A DNA stretch of 64,000 bases from Pseudomonadota bacterium (lineage in GTDB: Bacteria > Pseudomonadota > Alphaproteobacteria > Rickettsiales > UBA1997): positions 7,595 to 71,594 of the forward strand of contig JAGWWH010000004.1 in assembly GCA_018970485.1 (NCBI GenBank), written 5' to 3'. The position numbers were made by a program, and so were the translations under genes. This document shows positions 31,435 to 41,683 of the stretch, piece after piece (positions within the stretch are counted from its first letter, which is position 1; each line of letters starts with the position of its first letter). The notes under the pieces were generated by a model. That model made no database searches and was not told the DNA's origin. It was given only the letters and a program-made list of their open reading frames with translations.

Positions 31435-32020
31435 TTACTGAGCGGATTTTTTCTTGAGCCGCAGCAAGATTTTTTTCTGGCTCAGAACGTAGCGATGTTC
31501 CAATCACTTCCGATTCGTCAAAACCCATGAATCCGAAATTAATTTTCGCTGCCATGGTCAGTGTGTTCCAGTTTGGATAATCGAGACCAAAGCTGTTTTC
31601 TGCGTAGATTCCACCAGCGGTGAAAAGGGTTAGAGATTTTTTTCCAGACATTAATTTTTTACCCATCTCGAAAGTTTCGCCATTAAACATCACTGCATCG
31701 AGATAAGCTTTTATTGAGGCGGGAAAGCCAAAATTGTGCATCGGAGTTGCCAGAACCAAAACATCAGATGATTTTAGTTGCGCGATTAATTGATCATTTT
31801 TTTCCAAAAGTTTTGCTTCATTTGCATCCAATTTTTGTCCGCCGTAATTACGTTTGTAATAGGCTTGAATGCTGGCTTCATCGAAGATTGGCATGTGATC
31901 TTTAAGCAGATCTAAAACCTCGATTTCTTTTCCAGAAATTTCTTCAAGAAAAATATCCAACAACTTTTTGGTGTTAGAGTTTGCTCCGCTTGGTAGGTAT
32001 TTGACGATTAATGTTTTCAT
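31418..32020 (-). CDS. azoR: FMN-dependent NADH-azoreductase / flavodoxin-like quinone reductase
   Basis: 200 aa. Contains MKTLIVKYLPSG..S.T and LVLATPMHNFGFPASIKAYLD, typical of AzoR. Confidence 0.75.
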   Translation of the reverse strand: MKTLIVKYLPSGANSNTKKLLDIFLEEISGKEIEVLDLLKDHMPIFDEASIQAYYKRNYGGQKLDANEAKLLEKNDQLIAQLKSSDVLVLATPMHNFGFPASIKAYLDAVMFNGETFEMGKKLMSGKKSLTLFTAGGIYAENSFGLDYPNWNTLTMAAKINFGFMGFDESEVIGTSLRSEPEKNLAAAQEKIRSVTKKWY

Positions 32021-32096
32021 AAATTTTTTGATTGAGATTAGTTTGGCTCGCCGAACTTAACGCCATTTTCTAATTAAAAAAAGTAACAAAATTTTC

Positions 32097-33161
32097 GTGT
32101 CTAATCTTACTCATTTTACCAAAGACGAATTATTTTCTGAGCTTGCGAAGCTAGGTGAACAAAGCTTTCGTGCTAAACAAATTTGGAATTGGATTTACGC
32201 GCGCGGTGCAAAATCTTTTGAAGAGATGACCAATATTTCAAAAGTAATGCGCGAAAATTTGACGAAAAATTTTTCACTCGAACGACCACAAATTTCCAAA
32301 GATTTTATTTCTCTCGACGGCACTAGAAAATTTTTAGTAAAGTTTTCTGACGGGCGCGAAGTTGAAGCAGTTTTTATTCCAGAAGAAACTCGCGGCACCC
32401 TCTGTATCTCGTCCCAAGTCGGTTGCACTTTATCCTGCAAATTCTGTCACACCGGCACTCAGACCTTGGTTAGAAATTTAGAATTCCACGAAATCGTCGC
32501 GCAAATTTTGCTCGCTAAAGATTTAATTAATGATTGGGATCAAGGAAATCGTAAGCTCACCAACGTAGTATTTATGGGCATGGGTGAGCCATTTTTTAAT
32601 TACGAAAATGTCGCCAAAGCAGTAAAAATTTTAAATGATTCAGAAGGAGTTGGTCTCTCTTCGCGCCGAGTTACCATCTCAACTTCCGGACTCGTTCCCG
32701 AGATTTTACGCAGTTCGACCGAGCTCAGAACAAATCTAGCAATATCGCTTCACGCCACGAATGACGAGCTTCGAACTGACATCATGGCGATTAATAAAAA
32801 ATATCCTCTCAAGGATTTGCTCGCCGCTTGCAAAACTTACAATCGCGAAAATCCAAATCAGAAAATCACCTTCGAATACGTGATGCTAAAAGAGGTCAAT
32901 GATCACGAGGAACATGCGCGCGAATTAATCGATTTGATTAATAAATTTAATCTCAACGTAAAAATTAATTTAATTCCATTTAACCCTTGGGATGGCTGTG
33001 GATATGGTCGCAGCGGCAATGAGAGAATTGAGAAATTCCAAAAAATTCTCAAAAATGCCGGATTAATTTCGCCAATTCGTAAAACTCGCGGCGACGATGT
33101 AATGGCTGCTTGCGGGCAGTTGAAATCACTTTCTGAAAGACAAAAAAATACCAGAAAGTGA
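32097..33161 (+). CDS. rlmN: 23S rRNA/tRNA (adenine-C2)-methyltransferase RlmN (radical SAM)
   Basis: Contains FRAKQIWNWIY, the radical-SAM cluster motif CTLSCKFCHTG, FMGMGEP and a C-terminal AACGQL. GTG start. Confidence 0.95.
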   Translation: MSNLTHFTKDELFSELAKLGEQSFRAKQIWNWIYARGAKSFEEMTNISKVMRENLTKNFSLERPQISKDFISLDGTRKFLVKFSDGREVEAVFIPEETRGTLCISSQVGCTLSCKFCHTGTQTLVRNLEFHEIVAQILLAKDLINDWDQGNRKLTNVVFMGMGEPFFNYENVAKAVKILNDSEGVGLSSRRVTISTSGLVPEILRSSTELRTNLAISLHATNDELRTDIMAINKKYPLKDLLAACKTYNRENPNQKITFEYVMLKEVNDHEEHARELIDLINKFNLNVKINLIPFNPWDGCGYGRSGNERIEKFQKILKNAGLISPIRKTRGDDVMAACGQLKSLSERQKNTRK

Positions 33162-33748
33162 TGTCAGTTTTTTTTATTATTTTAAGGCACGAGCTCAAAA
33201 TTAACTTCCGTCAACTCTCGCGAATTCTGGCGAGTTTTTTGTTCTTCTTAATTTTTCTCTCGAGCTTCTCCTTACTCTCGCAAGGTCAGGACAGCTTGAT
33301 CATTATTTTATTTTCTCTGCTTTCTTGTCTGATTTTTTCTTCTGCGGAATTTTTAAAAAAAGATTTTGAGTCGGGAGCGAGCGAACAAATTCTCATTTCT
33401 TGCGAAAATTTTGAGAGTTTTATTGCTGCAAAAATGTTGGCTAATTGGGTTGTTTGCTGCGTGCCGATCCTTGTCGTTTCTAGCTTCATTCGTCCCGATC
33501 TCGCGACTCTGATTATTTTTGTAAGCTTACTCGTTAACTTTATTTGCTGCTTCTGCGGCACACTTTCAATTTTAGGAAATGCCGCGCCGATGATTGCGGC
33601 TCTTGCTCTGCCGCTAATTATTCCGATTCTGTTAATTGCTCTTGGTGATGCCGTGGTGAGTTTAAAATTACTTGTCGGACTCTGTTTTTTTCTCACTCCG
33701 ATTTTAATTTTTGCGACTACGAAAATCGTTAAAATTGCCCACGAGTAA
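33158..33748 (+). CDS. ccmB: Haem exporter protein CcmB
   Basis: 196 aa polytopic membrane protein. Contains LRHELKINFRQ, FLKKDFESGASEQILIS and AAKMLANW, which follow the CcmB pattern. Confidence 0.7.
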   Translation: MMSVFFIILRHELKINFRQLSRILASFLFFLIFLSSFSLLSQGQDSLIIILFSLLSCLIFSSAEFLKKDFESGASEQILISCENFESFIAAKMLANWVVCCVPILVVSSFIRPDLATLIIFVSLLVNFICCFCGTLSILGNAAPMIAALALPLIIPILLIALGDAVVSLKLLVGLCFFLTPILIFATTKIVKIAHE

Positions 33749-33820
33749 GTCCTGTTTTTGCTAGATTGAAAAAAAAATATTTTTTTGAGCCCAACAGCGC
33801 CAAGGGTTTTAATGGGGAGG

Positions 33821-33844
33821 ATTGTCGCCACCGGTGGCGACAAT
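33821..33844. terminator. Perfect 24-bp GC-rich palindrome ATTGTCGCCACCGGTGGCGACAAT between the convergent ccmB and alr genes
   Basis: Read directly. The sequence is its own reverse complement. It lies 15 nt past the alr stop and 72 nt past the ccmB stop. No T-tracts are present, so it could be a terminator or a protein-binding site. Confidence 0.4.
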
Positions 33845-33859
33845 TGGAGCAAAATCTCG

Positions 33860-34972
33860 TCAAAAAACTATTCTTTTTAGTGCCGAATTTAGCCTAGTTA
33901 CCACTTCGTAATTTGAGGTCTGCGACCAATTTGCCCAATCGTTGGCAGTAACTTCAGCGTCGCCATCTTGACCAATAATTGTTGCAACATCGCCGACCTT
34001 TGCTCGCTCAACATCAGTCACATCAATAACGATTAAATTCATTGTTACTCGACCGATTTGCGGAACTTTTTTACCACACAAAATTACCTGACTTTTTCCT
34101 GAACTGAGGCGCGAGATGCCGTCGTAGTAGCCAATCGGCACGAGCGCAACTTTGGAATCGCGTTCTAAAATGTGAGTACAGCCGTAGGAAATCACACTGC
34201 CTTTTGGCAAAGATTTTATTTCAGTAATTCGCGCCCTCCACGACAGAACTGGCTCGAGCTTAATTGATTTATTTCTTTCTGGTGAAGGCCACAGCCCGTA
34301 AAGCGCAATACCGATTCTGACCATTTCAAAATCAGGATGATTCTTGCCGTAAACCGTGCCGGCGCTTGCTGCATGGTGAAAAAGAGGACAAGCCAATTCT
34401 TTTTTCCAACGCAGTAATTCTTGAATTTGTTTTTTGCTGTAATCGTCAAATTTACTGTCATCAGCAGCGGCGAAATGACCGTAAATTCCGCAGAGTTTGG
34501 CTGAGGTTTTTTTTAGCAGAGAGGCAATTTTTTTGAGATCGGAAGAAACGAAGCCATCCCGCCCCAAACCTGTATCGACGCAGATGTGGATCTTTAAATT
34601 TTTCTTAACTTTTTGCAGAATGTCGAGAGTCGAAACAGTGACTTCGATGTCGTGTTTAATCGCTAAATTTATCTGCTTGGGAAATATTCGAGACTGCACC
34701 AGTAAAGGCTTCTTGACTCCTTGTTCGCGTAACAAAACCGCATCTTCAAAGGAAAAAACTGCCAAATAATCGACTTTATTTTGAATTGCTTCAACCACCT
34801 CTAAAAGCCCGTGCCCGTAGGCATTAGCCTTTACCACCGCCATGAATTTTACTGAGGATTTCAGCTGTTTTTTGATCTGCGAAATATTGTTTAAAAGCGC
34901 TTCTTTGTTGATCTCGATCCAAGTCTGAGATTTAGAGAGATCTCTTTTGTTCAACGACTTCATAACATTCAA
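33860..34972 (-). CDS. alr: Alanine racemase
   Basis: Contains TWIEINKEALLNN, the PLP-lysine region AVVKANAYGHG and GYYDG. The 5' end overlaps the infB 3' end by about 30-40 nt. Confidence 0.92.
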   Translation of the reverse strand: MNVMKSLNKRDLSKSQTWIEINKEALLNNISQIKKQLKSSVKFMAVVKANAYGHGLLEVVEAIQNKVDYLAVFSFEDAVLLREQGVKKPLLVQSRIFPKQINLAIKHDIEVTVSTLDILQKVKKNLKIHICVDTGLGRDGFVSSDLKKIASLLKKTSAKLCGIYGHFAAADDSKFDDYSKKQIQELLRWKKELACPLFHHAASAGTVYGKNHPDFEMVRIGIALYGLWPSPERNKSIKLEPVLSWRARITEIKSLPKGSVISYGCTHILERDSKVALVPIGYYDGISRLSSGKSQVILCGKKVPQIGRVTMNLIVIDVTDVERAKVGDVATIIGQDGDAEVTANDWANWSQTSNYEVVTRLNSALKRIVF

Positions 34973-37436
34973 TCACGTCTTTTTCCTTGATGTCGTCGTA
35001 GTTTTCGAAAGCAATTCCGCACTCAAAACCCATCTTAACTTCTTTTACGTCTTCTTTGAAACGCTTCAGTGTTCTTAGTTCGCCGTCATGAATTACAACA
35101 TTGTCGCGAAGTAGGCGAGCTCTAGCGTTACGTTTGATGATTCCATCAGTAACGTAAGATCCTGCAACTTTTCCAGAGCCAGAAACTTTGAAGACTTGAC
35201 GGATCTCGGCGTGACCCAAGTGCTCTTCATTGTGAACAGGTTTTAGCATGCCGGTTAGAAGCAATTTCAAATCATCAACTAAGTTGTAGATAATTGAGTA
35301 GTAACGAATTTCGATGCCTTTTGTTTGCGACATTTCTTTCGCTGAAGCGTTAGCGCGAACATTAAAACCTACAACCATCGCACCAGATGCAGCAGCAAGA
35401 GAGATGTCAGAATCAGAAATTCCACCAGTTGCCGAATGTACAACTTTGATCGCGACTTCTTCGGTATTTAATTTGGCTACGGTTCCAATGATAGCCTCGA
35501 CAGAGCCGTGAACATCTCCTTTGATGATGATGTTGAGATATTTCAATTTTCCTTTGCCTGATTCTTTAAAAATATCTGAGAAAGATTTGGCTGAATTTTT
35601 TAATGCCTTCACTTCTTTTTCTTTGCGTGAGCGGTAGGAAATGATTTCGCGGGCCTGTCTTTCTTCATCAACCTCAAAAAATTTATCACCCGAATTTGGT
35701 GCGCTATCCAAGCCAAGAACTTCAACAGGAACTGATGGAGTGGCTGATTTTACTGGGTTACCGAGATCGTCAGACATTTTTCTTACACGACCAAAAGCAG
35801 TGCCCACAACGATTAAATCTGAAGTGTTTAGCGTTCCTTTTTGCACAAGTAATGTTGCAACAACACCACGCGAAGGATCGATTCTTGATTCAAGAACTAC
35901 ACCACTTGCTTTACCTTCATATTGTGACTTGAGATCAAGTACTTCCGCTTGCAACAAAATCGCTTCTTCAAGTTTATCTAAGTTTTTTTTCGATTTCGCA
36001 GAAACGGGGATGAACATTACTTCACCACCTAAATCTTCAGAAACTATTTCGTGAGAAAGGAGCTCGTTCTTAACTCGTTCAGGATCAGAACCTGTTTTGT
36101 CAATTTTATTTACAGCTACAATGATTGGCACATTTGCAGCCTTGGCATGATTAATTGCTTCGATTGTTTGCTCTTTAACTCCATCATCAGCGGCAACAAC
36201 AAGGACAACGATGTCAGTGACGTTAGCACCACGGGAACGCATTTCAGTAAATGCTTCGTGACCCGGTGTATCAAGAAAAGTAATAAACTTTCCACCAATG
36301 ACAGTTTTAATGCGTGAAGCGCCAATATGTTGAGTTATCCCACCATGCTCTCGAGCAGCAACATCAGTCTCACGCAAAGCATCAAGCAAAGAAGTTTTGC
36401 CGTGATCGACGTGGCCCATAATTGTCACAATCGGGGCACGAGGCATGAAATCATATTCCTCGCCACCTTCTTCTAAAATATTTTCAACGTCAGAATGCGA
36501 AGTGCGTTTCGCTTTATGTCCAAATTCAGAGATAATGATTTCAGCTGTGTCGGCATCAACAGCTTGGTTGCTAGTTACAACCATTCCCATCGCAAAAAGT
36601 TTTTTGACGACATCACCGACTTTTTCAGACATGCGTTCGGCTAAATCGGCAACAGTTATTAATTCTGGCAAAGCAACTTCACGCTGAATCTTTTTGTATT
36701 CTTTTGAAGTATCTTGCTCTTGATGATGGCGACTATCTCTTGATTTTTTGCGCTTACGGCCCGAGCTGTCGATTTCAGAATCAGTATCGATAATGTATGT
36801 AAGCCTACGTGAATTAACTCGATGCTCCTCTTTAAATGCGGGCTTCTTTTTTGAATCTTCTTCAAACGATTTTTTGGCTAAAGGGAGCTTCTTCTGCTTT
36901 TTTTTATCTCTCTCTTCTCTTTCTTTAGCTAGACGCTGCTGCTCTAGCTTTCTTCTTTCTTCAGCTAATTTTTCGCGCTCTTCTTTTTCTCGATTGGCGA
37001 CTTCAACACTTTGCCTGATTTTACTACGAACATCGAATTGATCTAGTTTGTAATCTGGGATGATGTGTTGTTGTGGCTCGGGCTGAACATGAACAGCCTC
37101 AAATATTTTTTCCTCTTCGACAATGATCTCTTCTTCTTTCTGAACTTTTTTGTTAGCCTTACTAAGGATCTCATGAGTTTTTATTTCACTTTCTACATCC
37201 TTACCACTTGAAACAGCCCTAATCCTAGCCTCCATCTCGTTTCTACTTAGACCTCCTTCAGCTTTTTCGCTAGGGCCTGATTCTTTCTTGCGACCTTTAA
37301 TCGTAACTTGGACAGAAGAGCTACTTAGCTTCTTCTTGGCACCTGTTTTCAGGACAAGATTTTGTGTATTAACGGAGGTTGGTAGCTTAAGAGTAAGTCT
37401 AGAGCGTGTTGTGTTTTGGTTATTATCTTCGGTCAT
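34932..37436 (-). CDS. infB: Translation initiation factor IF-2
   Basis: 834 aa. A K/E-rich N-terminal region, the G-domain motifs [20 protein letters not shown] and NKID, and C-terminal beta-barrel domains. Confidence 0.97.
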   Translation of the reverse strand: MTEDNNQNTTRSRLTLKLPTSVNTQNLVLKTGAKKKLSSSSVQVTIKGRKKESGPSEKAEGGLSRNEMEARIRAVSSGKDVESEIKTHEILSKANKKVQKEEEIIVEEEKIFEAVHVQPEPQQHIIPDYKLDQFDVRSKIRQSVEVANREKEEREKLAEERRKLEQQRLAKEREERDKKKQKKLPLAKKSFEEDSKKKPAFKEEHRVNSRRLTYIIDTDSEIDSSGRKRKKSRDSRHHQEQDTSKEYKKIQREVALPELITVADLAERMSEKVGDVVKKLFAMGMVVTSNQAVDADTAEIIISEFGHKAKRTSHSDVENILEEGGEEYDFMPRAPIVTIMGHVDHGKTSLLDALRETDVAAREHGGITQHIGASRIKTVIGGKFITFLDTPGHEAFTEMRSRGANVTDIVVLVVAADDGVKEQTIEAINHAKAANVPIIVAVNKIDKTGSDPERVKNELLSHEIVSEDLGGEVMFIPVSAKSKKNLDKLEEAILLQAEVLDLKSQYEGKASGVVLESRIDPSRGVVATLLVQKGTLNTSDLIVVGTAFGRVRKMSDDLGNPVKSATPSVPVEVLGLDSAPNSGDKFFEVDEERQAREIISYRSRKEKEVKALKNSAKSFSDIFKESGKGKLKYLNIIIKGDVHGSVEAIIGTVAKLNTEEVAIKVVHSATGGISDSDISLAAASGAMVVGFNVRANASAKEMSQTKGIEIRYYSIIYNLVDDLKLLLTGMLKPVHNEEHLGHAEIRQVFKVSGSGKVAGSYVTDGIIKRNARARLLRDNVVIHDGELRTLKRFKEDVKEVKMGFECGIAFENYDDIKEKDVIECYEVVEQKRSL

Positions 37437-37443
37437 TCAAATT

Positions 37444-38730
37444 TTATGAATTTTTTTGCAAATATTCCTCTGCTCTACGCTTGATTTCTCCAGCGATATC
37501 TTCATCGAAACCTTCGATTGAAGCAATTTCAGAAATTTCAGATTGTGCTAGAGATTCAACGCTTAGGAAACCTTCAGATGCGAGAAGATTTGCGATCATT
37601 TCTTCGACATCCAGAGCTTCAATGAAAGCTTTAGAGGCTTGATTGAATTCAGCGGTGCGACGTGCAGATTCTTGCTCTTCGGTCATCACATCGATTTTGT
37701 AACCAACTAATTTTGAAGCGAGCTTAACATTTTGACCACCCCTGCCGATAGCTAGACTCAATTGATCTTCGGCAACCACAGCTTCGATCAAATTATTTTC
37801 TTCATCGACAACAACTTTGCTAATTTTTGCTGGAGTAAGAGCGCTTATTACTAGCTCAGCTACATTTGAAGACCATTTGATGATGTCGATTTTCTCACCC
37901 CTTAATTCAGAGCTAACTGATTGAACACGAGAACCACGAATACCGATGAAAGAGCCGATGATATCGATGTCGTCGCGACGTGAGTAAATCGCAATTTTAG
38001 CACGCGAACCTGGATCGCGAGAAACCGCTTTTACCTCGATATTTCCTTCGTAAAGCTCGGGAACTTCTTGTTCAAAAAGTCTAACTAAAAATTGTGGATG
38101 GGTACGGGATAAGAAAATTTGTGCGCCGAATGGCTCTTTACGAACATCTTCAATGTAGCAACGAATGCGATCGCCAACGCGAAAATTTTCTTTTGGGATT
38201 AAACCGCTTTCATGAATAACTGCTTCGTATCCATCAACTTCCATCACGATATTCTTGAGGCCAATCTTTTTGACTGAAGCACTGACGATATCTGCAATGC
38301 GGTCTTTGAACTCGTTATATTCTTTGTTTTTCTCAGCTTCTTTGACTTTGCGAATTATTTCATTCCTAGCCACTTGCGCGACAACTCTATTTAGATCAAT
38401 CGGTGGCAATTCTTGCACAACAAAATCTCCAATATCGGCATCAGAATTTTCTTGTTTAGCGTGCTTCAAAGTGATGTGGGTACGGACATCAAAATCTTCG
38501 ATATCATTGGCAACAACTTGCAACTTATTGAAAAGTTTTATTTGACCACTCTTCTTATCAATTTTGCACTCGATATCAAGGTGAGTACCGTATTTTTTCT
38601 TTGCAGCAAGCTTTATGCCTTCTTCCATCGCCTCAATAATCTCTTGAGGTGAAATTCCTTTTTCATGCGCAATATTTTCAGCAACAAGTAAAATTTCTTT
38701 ATTGCCCATGATAGTCAAATTACTAGCCAT
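37444..38730 (-). CDS. nusA: Transcription termination/antitermination factor NusA
   Basis: Contains ILLVAENIAHEKGI, an S1 domain and two KH domains (LAIGRGGQNVKLASKL). No ORF for rimP lies upstream. Confidence 0.95.
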   Translation of the reverse strand: MASNLTIMGNKEILLVAENIAHEKGISPQEIIEAMEEGIKLAAKKKYGTHLDIECKIDKKSGQIKLFNKLQVVANDIEDFDVRTHITLKHAKQENSDADIGDFVVQELPPIDLNRVVAQVARNEIIRKVKEAEKNKEYNEFKDRIADIVSASVKKIGLKNIVMEVDGYEAVIHESGLIPKENFRVGDRIRCYIEDVRKEPFGAQIFLSRTHPQFLVRLFEQEVPELYEGNIEVKAVSRDPGSRAKIAIYSRRDDIDIIGSFIGIRGSRVQSVSSELRGEKIDIIKWSSNVAELVISALTPAKISKVVVDEENNLIEAVVAEDQLSLAIGRGGQNVKLASKLVGYKIDVMTEEQESARRTAEFNQASKAFIEALDVEEMIANLLASEGFLSVESLAQSEISEIASIEGFDEDIAGEIKRRAEEYLQKNS

Positions 38731-38849
38731 GCCGTGTATTATTTGTTAAGTTTAAATGAAGAAGAGAAGTAAGTGGAGATGCAGCTTTAAATATGTGGGA
38801 TCAGTGCTGGCGCAACTTATTTGGCGAAAAATTGAAAGCAACTGCTCAA

Positions 38850-39140
38850 TTAATTTCCTAACTGCTTTTCAAGTTTTTTAATTTTATTTCGATCGCGAAG
38901 ACGTCTGAAAAAATTTTGGATTATGGTCGGAGAGCAACTCAAAATTCCAAAAATAAGACCAAGAACGAAGCAGAAAATCATTACCACAAAAACTCTAGTT
39001 TGGATCTCAAAAGGTAGTGGATTTGTGTTAATCGTAATCACATCGCGATTATCAACCATGAATACAACCATGCAGATTAAGAGCAGTAATAATATTGTTG
39101 AGCGAAGCGTGCGTAAAATTGATTTGACAGTGTTCATCAT
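38850..39140 (-). CDS. LapA-domain (DUF1049) small inner-membrane protein
   Basis: 96 aa with two TM helices and a basic coiled C-terminus (RRLRDRNKIKKLEKQL), as in LapA-family proteins. Confidence 0.6.
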   Translation of the reverse strand: MMNTVKSILRTLRSTILLLLLICMVVFMVDNRDVITINTNPLPFEIQTRVFVVMIFCFVLGLIFGILSCSPTIIQNFFRRLRDRNKIKKLEKQLGN

Positions 39141-39664
39141 CTGTTTTTCTCCAAAAACATTATTACGTCGGCACGATCTTGAGGCTTCTTCAAGCCTGGA
39201 AAGGCCATTTTTGTTCCTGGAACGTAATCCTTTGGTTTGGTAATAAATTGATTGATTGATTCAATATCCCAAGAGCCTCCTTTTGCTCTCATCGCGTCGG
39301 AATAAGAAAACGAGGTGAAGGCTTTTTTTCTACCTACGATTCCATGAAGATTTGGTCCAACTTTCGCTGCCTCGCCCTTAGCAATTGTGTGACAAGTTGC
39401 GCATTTTTTAAAAATCTTTTCACCACGATTCAAGTCTGCCAATTTCATCATCGAAGCTAGATCTACCGGCTTCTCCTCCTTCTTTACAACTGGCCTACCA
39501 TCAGAAGAAAGCTCAATTTGAAAACCTCTTTTGATCATTTTTTTTGGTTGATAAAGAATGTCGGCAAAAAAGATCGCGAATAAAGTGATTAAGAGCGCCA
39601 GCCCGATTGAAGGACCAAAAGACGCAAGTTTTGATTTAAAGAAATCAGTAATTTTTTCCTTCAT
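39137..39664 (-). CDS. Membrane-anchored c-type cytochrome (CycM-like)
   Basis: An N-terminal TM helix, the haem-binding site CATCH (KKCATCHTI) and a distal Met region (GTKMAFPGLKK). Confidence 0.8.
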   Translation of the reverse strand: MKEKITDFFKSKLASFGPSIGLALLITLFAIFFADILYQPKKMIKRGFQIELSSDGRPVVKKEEKPVDLASMMKLADLNRGEKIFKKCATCHTIAKGEAAKVGPNLHGIVGRKKAFTSFSYSDAMRAKGGSWDIESINQFITKPKDYVPGTKMAFPGLKKPQDRADVIMFLEKNR

Positions 39665-39666
39665 GA

Positions 39667-40599
39667 TTAATCGAACAAAGTAGAAACCGATTTTTCTTGG
39701 GATATGTTGCGAATAGCCTCACCAAGCAAGTCGGAAATGTTAATTATTTTGATATTTTTTACCGACAAAGTTTCTTTTGAAGGTTCAATCGAGTTAGTAA
39801 TTACGAGATGTTTCAGTTTTGAATTAGCAATTCTTTCGTGGGCTTTTCCTGATAAAATTCCGTGAGTAATGTAAGCTGAAACTGATCTACAACCCTTCGC
39901 TAAAAGAGCGTCCGCAGCATTGCACAGAGTTCCTCCCGAATCCACCATATCGTCAACAATAACGCAGTTTTTTCCTTCAACTTCACCAATTATATTCATC
40001 ACTTCGCTTACTCCTGCGCGCGGGCGACGTTTATCAACAATCGCTAATTCAGCGCCGATTTTTCCGGCGATTGCTCGTGCACGCACAAGTCCACCAACGT
40101 CTGGTGAAACTACGACTAAATTTTCCAAGTCGAAATTAGCTTTAATGTCTCGGATAAAAACCGGTGCGGCGTAAAGATTGTCGAGAGGAATATCAAAAAA
40201 TCCCTGAATTTGCCCAGCATGAAGATCGATCGTAAGCACACGATCTGCGCCAGCTGAGGTGATAATATTAGCAACTAATTTTGCTGAAATAGGAGTGCGT
40301 GGAGCGGCTTTACGATCTTGTCTTGCGTAACCAAAATAAGGAATAACTGCGGTGATTCTTTTTGCCGAAGCACGACGCAGCGCATCAATCGTGACAAGTA
40401 ATTCCATGATGTTGTCATTCGCCGGAAATGATGTTGATTGAATCACAAAAATATCTTCGCCACGCACGTTTTCTTTGATCTCAACAAAAATCTCCATATC
40501 GGAAAATCGCTTAATATCAGCCTCAACCAACTTAAGACCCAAATAGCTCGCGATATTTTGCGACAGGGATGGATTGCTATTGCAAGCGATGAGTTTCAT
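39667..40599 (-). CDS. prs: Ribose-phosphate pyrophosphokinase
   Basis: Contains [27 protein letters not shown] and [12 protein letters not shown] chose the start at 40599. The ORF-track start at 40662 adds 21 unsupported residues. Confidence 0.95.
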   Translation of the reverse strand: MKLIACNSNPSLSQNIASYLGLKLVEADIKRFSDMEIFVEIKENVRGEDIFVIQSTSFPANDNIMELLVTIDALRRASAKRITAVIPYFGYARQDRKAAPRTPISAKLVANIITSAGADRVLTIDLHAGQIQGFFDIPLDNLYAAPVFIRDIKANFDLENLVVVSPDVGGLVRARAIAGKIGAELAIVDKRRPRAGVSEVMNIIGEVEGKNCVIVDDMVDSGGTLCNAADALLAKGCRSVSAYITHGILSGKAHERIANSKLKHLVITNSIEPSKETLSVKNIKIINISDLLGEAIRNISQEKSVSTLFD

Positions 40600-40687
40600 T
40601 TTTATTTTTTGTTTGTGAAAAGGCCTTAGAGCAAGGCGGCGCAAGATAAAAACAGACTCCAATTAATCAACTTACTTCTTTTTAAAA

Positions 40688-41122
40688 ATGACCGAGATCG
40701 AGCTTTACGACGTGATCAAAATTTTACATATTGTCGCTGTAATTTCATGGCTCGCCGGACTTTTATACTTACCAAGAATATTTGTTTATCATACTCAAGT
40801 TGCCGCAGGATCAGAGACTGATAAAATTTTTCAGATAATGGAGAGAAAGCTTCTGCGCTATATCATGAATCCTGCGATGATTTTGGTTTTTATTTTTGGA
40901 TTTTATCTCGCATCGGAAATCGGTTTTGAGTTCATCTGGCTCCACATCAAGATAACCTTGGTTTTAATACTCGCTTTTTATCACCACTTACTCGGCCGCT
41001 GGAGAAAATCTTTTGAAAAAGGTGAAAATAAACACAGTCAAAAATTTTATCGCATCATCAACGAACTCCCGATTTTATTGGTGATAGCGATTGTAGCTTT
41101 AGTAGTTTTAAAACCTTTCTAA
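40688..41122 (+). CDS. hemJ: Protoporphyrinogen IX oxidase HemJ
   Basis: 144 aa with four TM helices. Contains KILHIVAVISWLAGLLYLPRIFVYH, which includes the conserved His. Confidence 0.8.
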   Translation: MTEIELYDVIKILHIVAVISWLAGLLYLPRIFVYHTQVAAGSETDKIFQIMERKLLRYIMNPAMILVFIFGFYLASEIGFEFIWLHIKITLVLILAFYHHLLGRWRKSFEKGENKHSQKFYRIINELPILLVIAIVALVVLKPF

Positions 41123-41683
41123 GTGCAAAATCTTATCGAGATCAGCGCAGAAAAATTCGACGTAATTTTCGATTTGCGCTACGCTTCAAAAAACAATGTT
41201 TGTGGTCATAAACTCTATTCTCGACCTTTCGCTTACTTGCACGAAGCCGCTATCGAACCACTTCAAAAGGCGATCAAGTCCGCGAAAAATTTAGGACTAA
41301 AGCTAAAAATTTTTGACACCTTTCGTCCGATCGAAGTGCAAAAATACATGTTCGATAAATTTCCCGGCGATTTTGTTTCTAATCCTGAAGATGGCACAAT
41401 CCCGCATTGTCGTGGTGTGGCGATTGATTTAACCCTGACCGATCTTTCCGGAAATGAGCTAGATATGGGCACAGATTTCGACGAATTTTCCGATCTTGCT
41501 TTTCACAATTGTGAAAAAATTTCTGTCGAAGCTCAACGTAATCGCTTACTCTTTCTTGGCTTGATGACTTCTGCTGGTTTTGATTTCTACTCGAAAGAAT
41601 GGTGGCATTACCAACTTTTTAAACCGCGTGAATATCAAGTTGTGAAGTCTTCACCGGAACTAATTCATGACTCGTTGCGCTAA
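41123..41683 (+). CDS. ddpX: D-alanyl-D-alanine dipeptidase (M15D, VanX/DdpX family)
   Basis: Contains FDLRYASKNNV, SNPEDGTIPHCRGVAIDLTL and EWWHYQL. GTG start. The 3' end overlaps the convergent recF by 65 nt. Confidence 0.8.
   Translation: MQNLIEISAEKFDVIFDLRYASKNNVCGHKLYSRPFAYLHEAAIEPLQKAIKSAKNLGLKLKIFDTFRPIEVQKYMFDKFPGDFVSNPEDGTIPHCRGVAIDLTLTDLSGNELDMGTDFDEFSDLAFHNCEKISVEAQRNRLLFLGLMTSAGFDFYSKEWWHYQLFKPREYQVVKSSPELIHDSLR

Noticed and set aside
33286-33852. 188-aa minus-strand ORF
   Set aside because: It is antisense to ccmB. It would run through the 24-bp palindrome, and its composition is typical of the reverse frame of a membrane-protein gene.
36700-37330. K/E/R-rich low-complexity region in infB, and a similar K/E-rich stretch at about 56200-56350 in slt
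   Set aside because: Charged low-complexity N-terminal regions are normal for IF-2 and common in secreted or periplasmic proteins of AT-rich genomes. Unlike the pnp tail, they show no clear tandem periodicity.
38731-38849. Looked for rimP or a small RNA in the gap upstream of nusA. A 35-codon plus-strand ORF (MKKRSKWRCSF...) is present.
   Set aside because: The ORF is on the wrong strand for the operon, and it is short with no recognisable motif. I could see no convincing secondary structure. The absence of rimP is recorded as part of the operon-split finding rather than as a feature.
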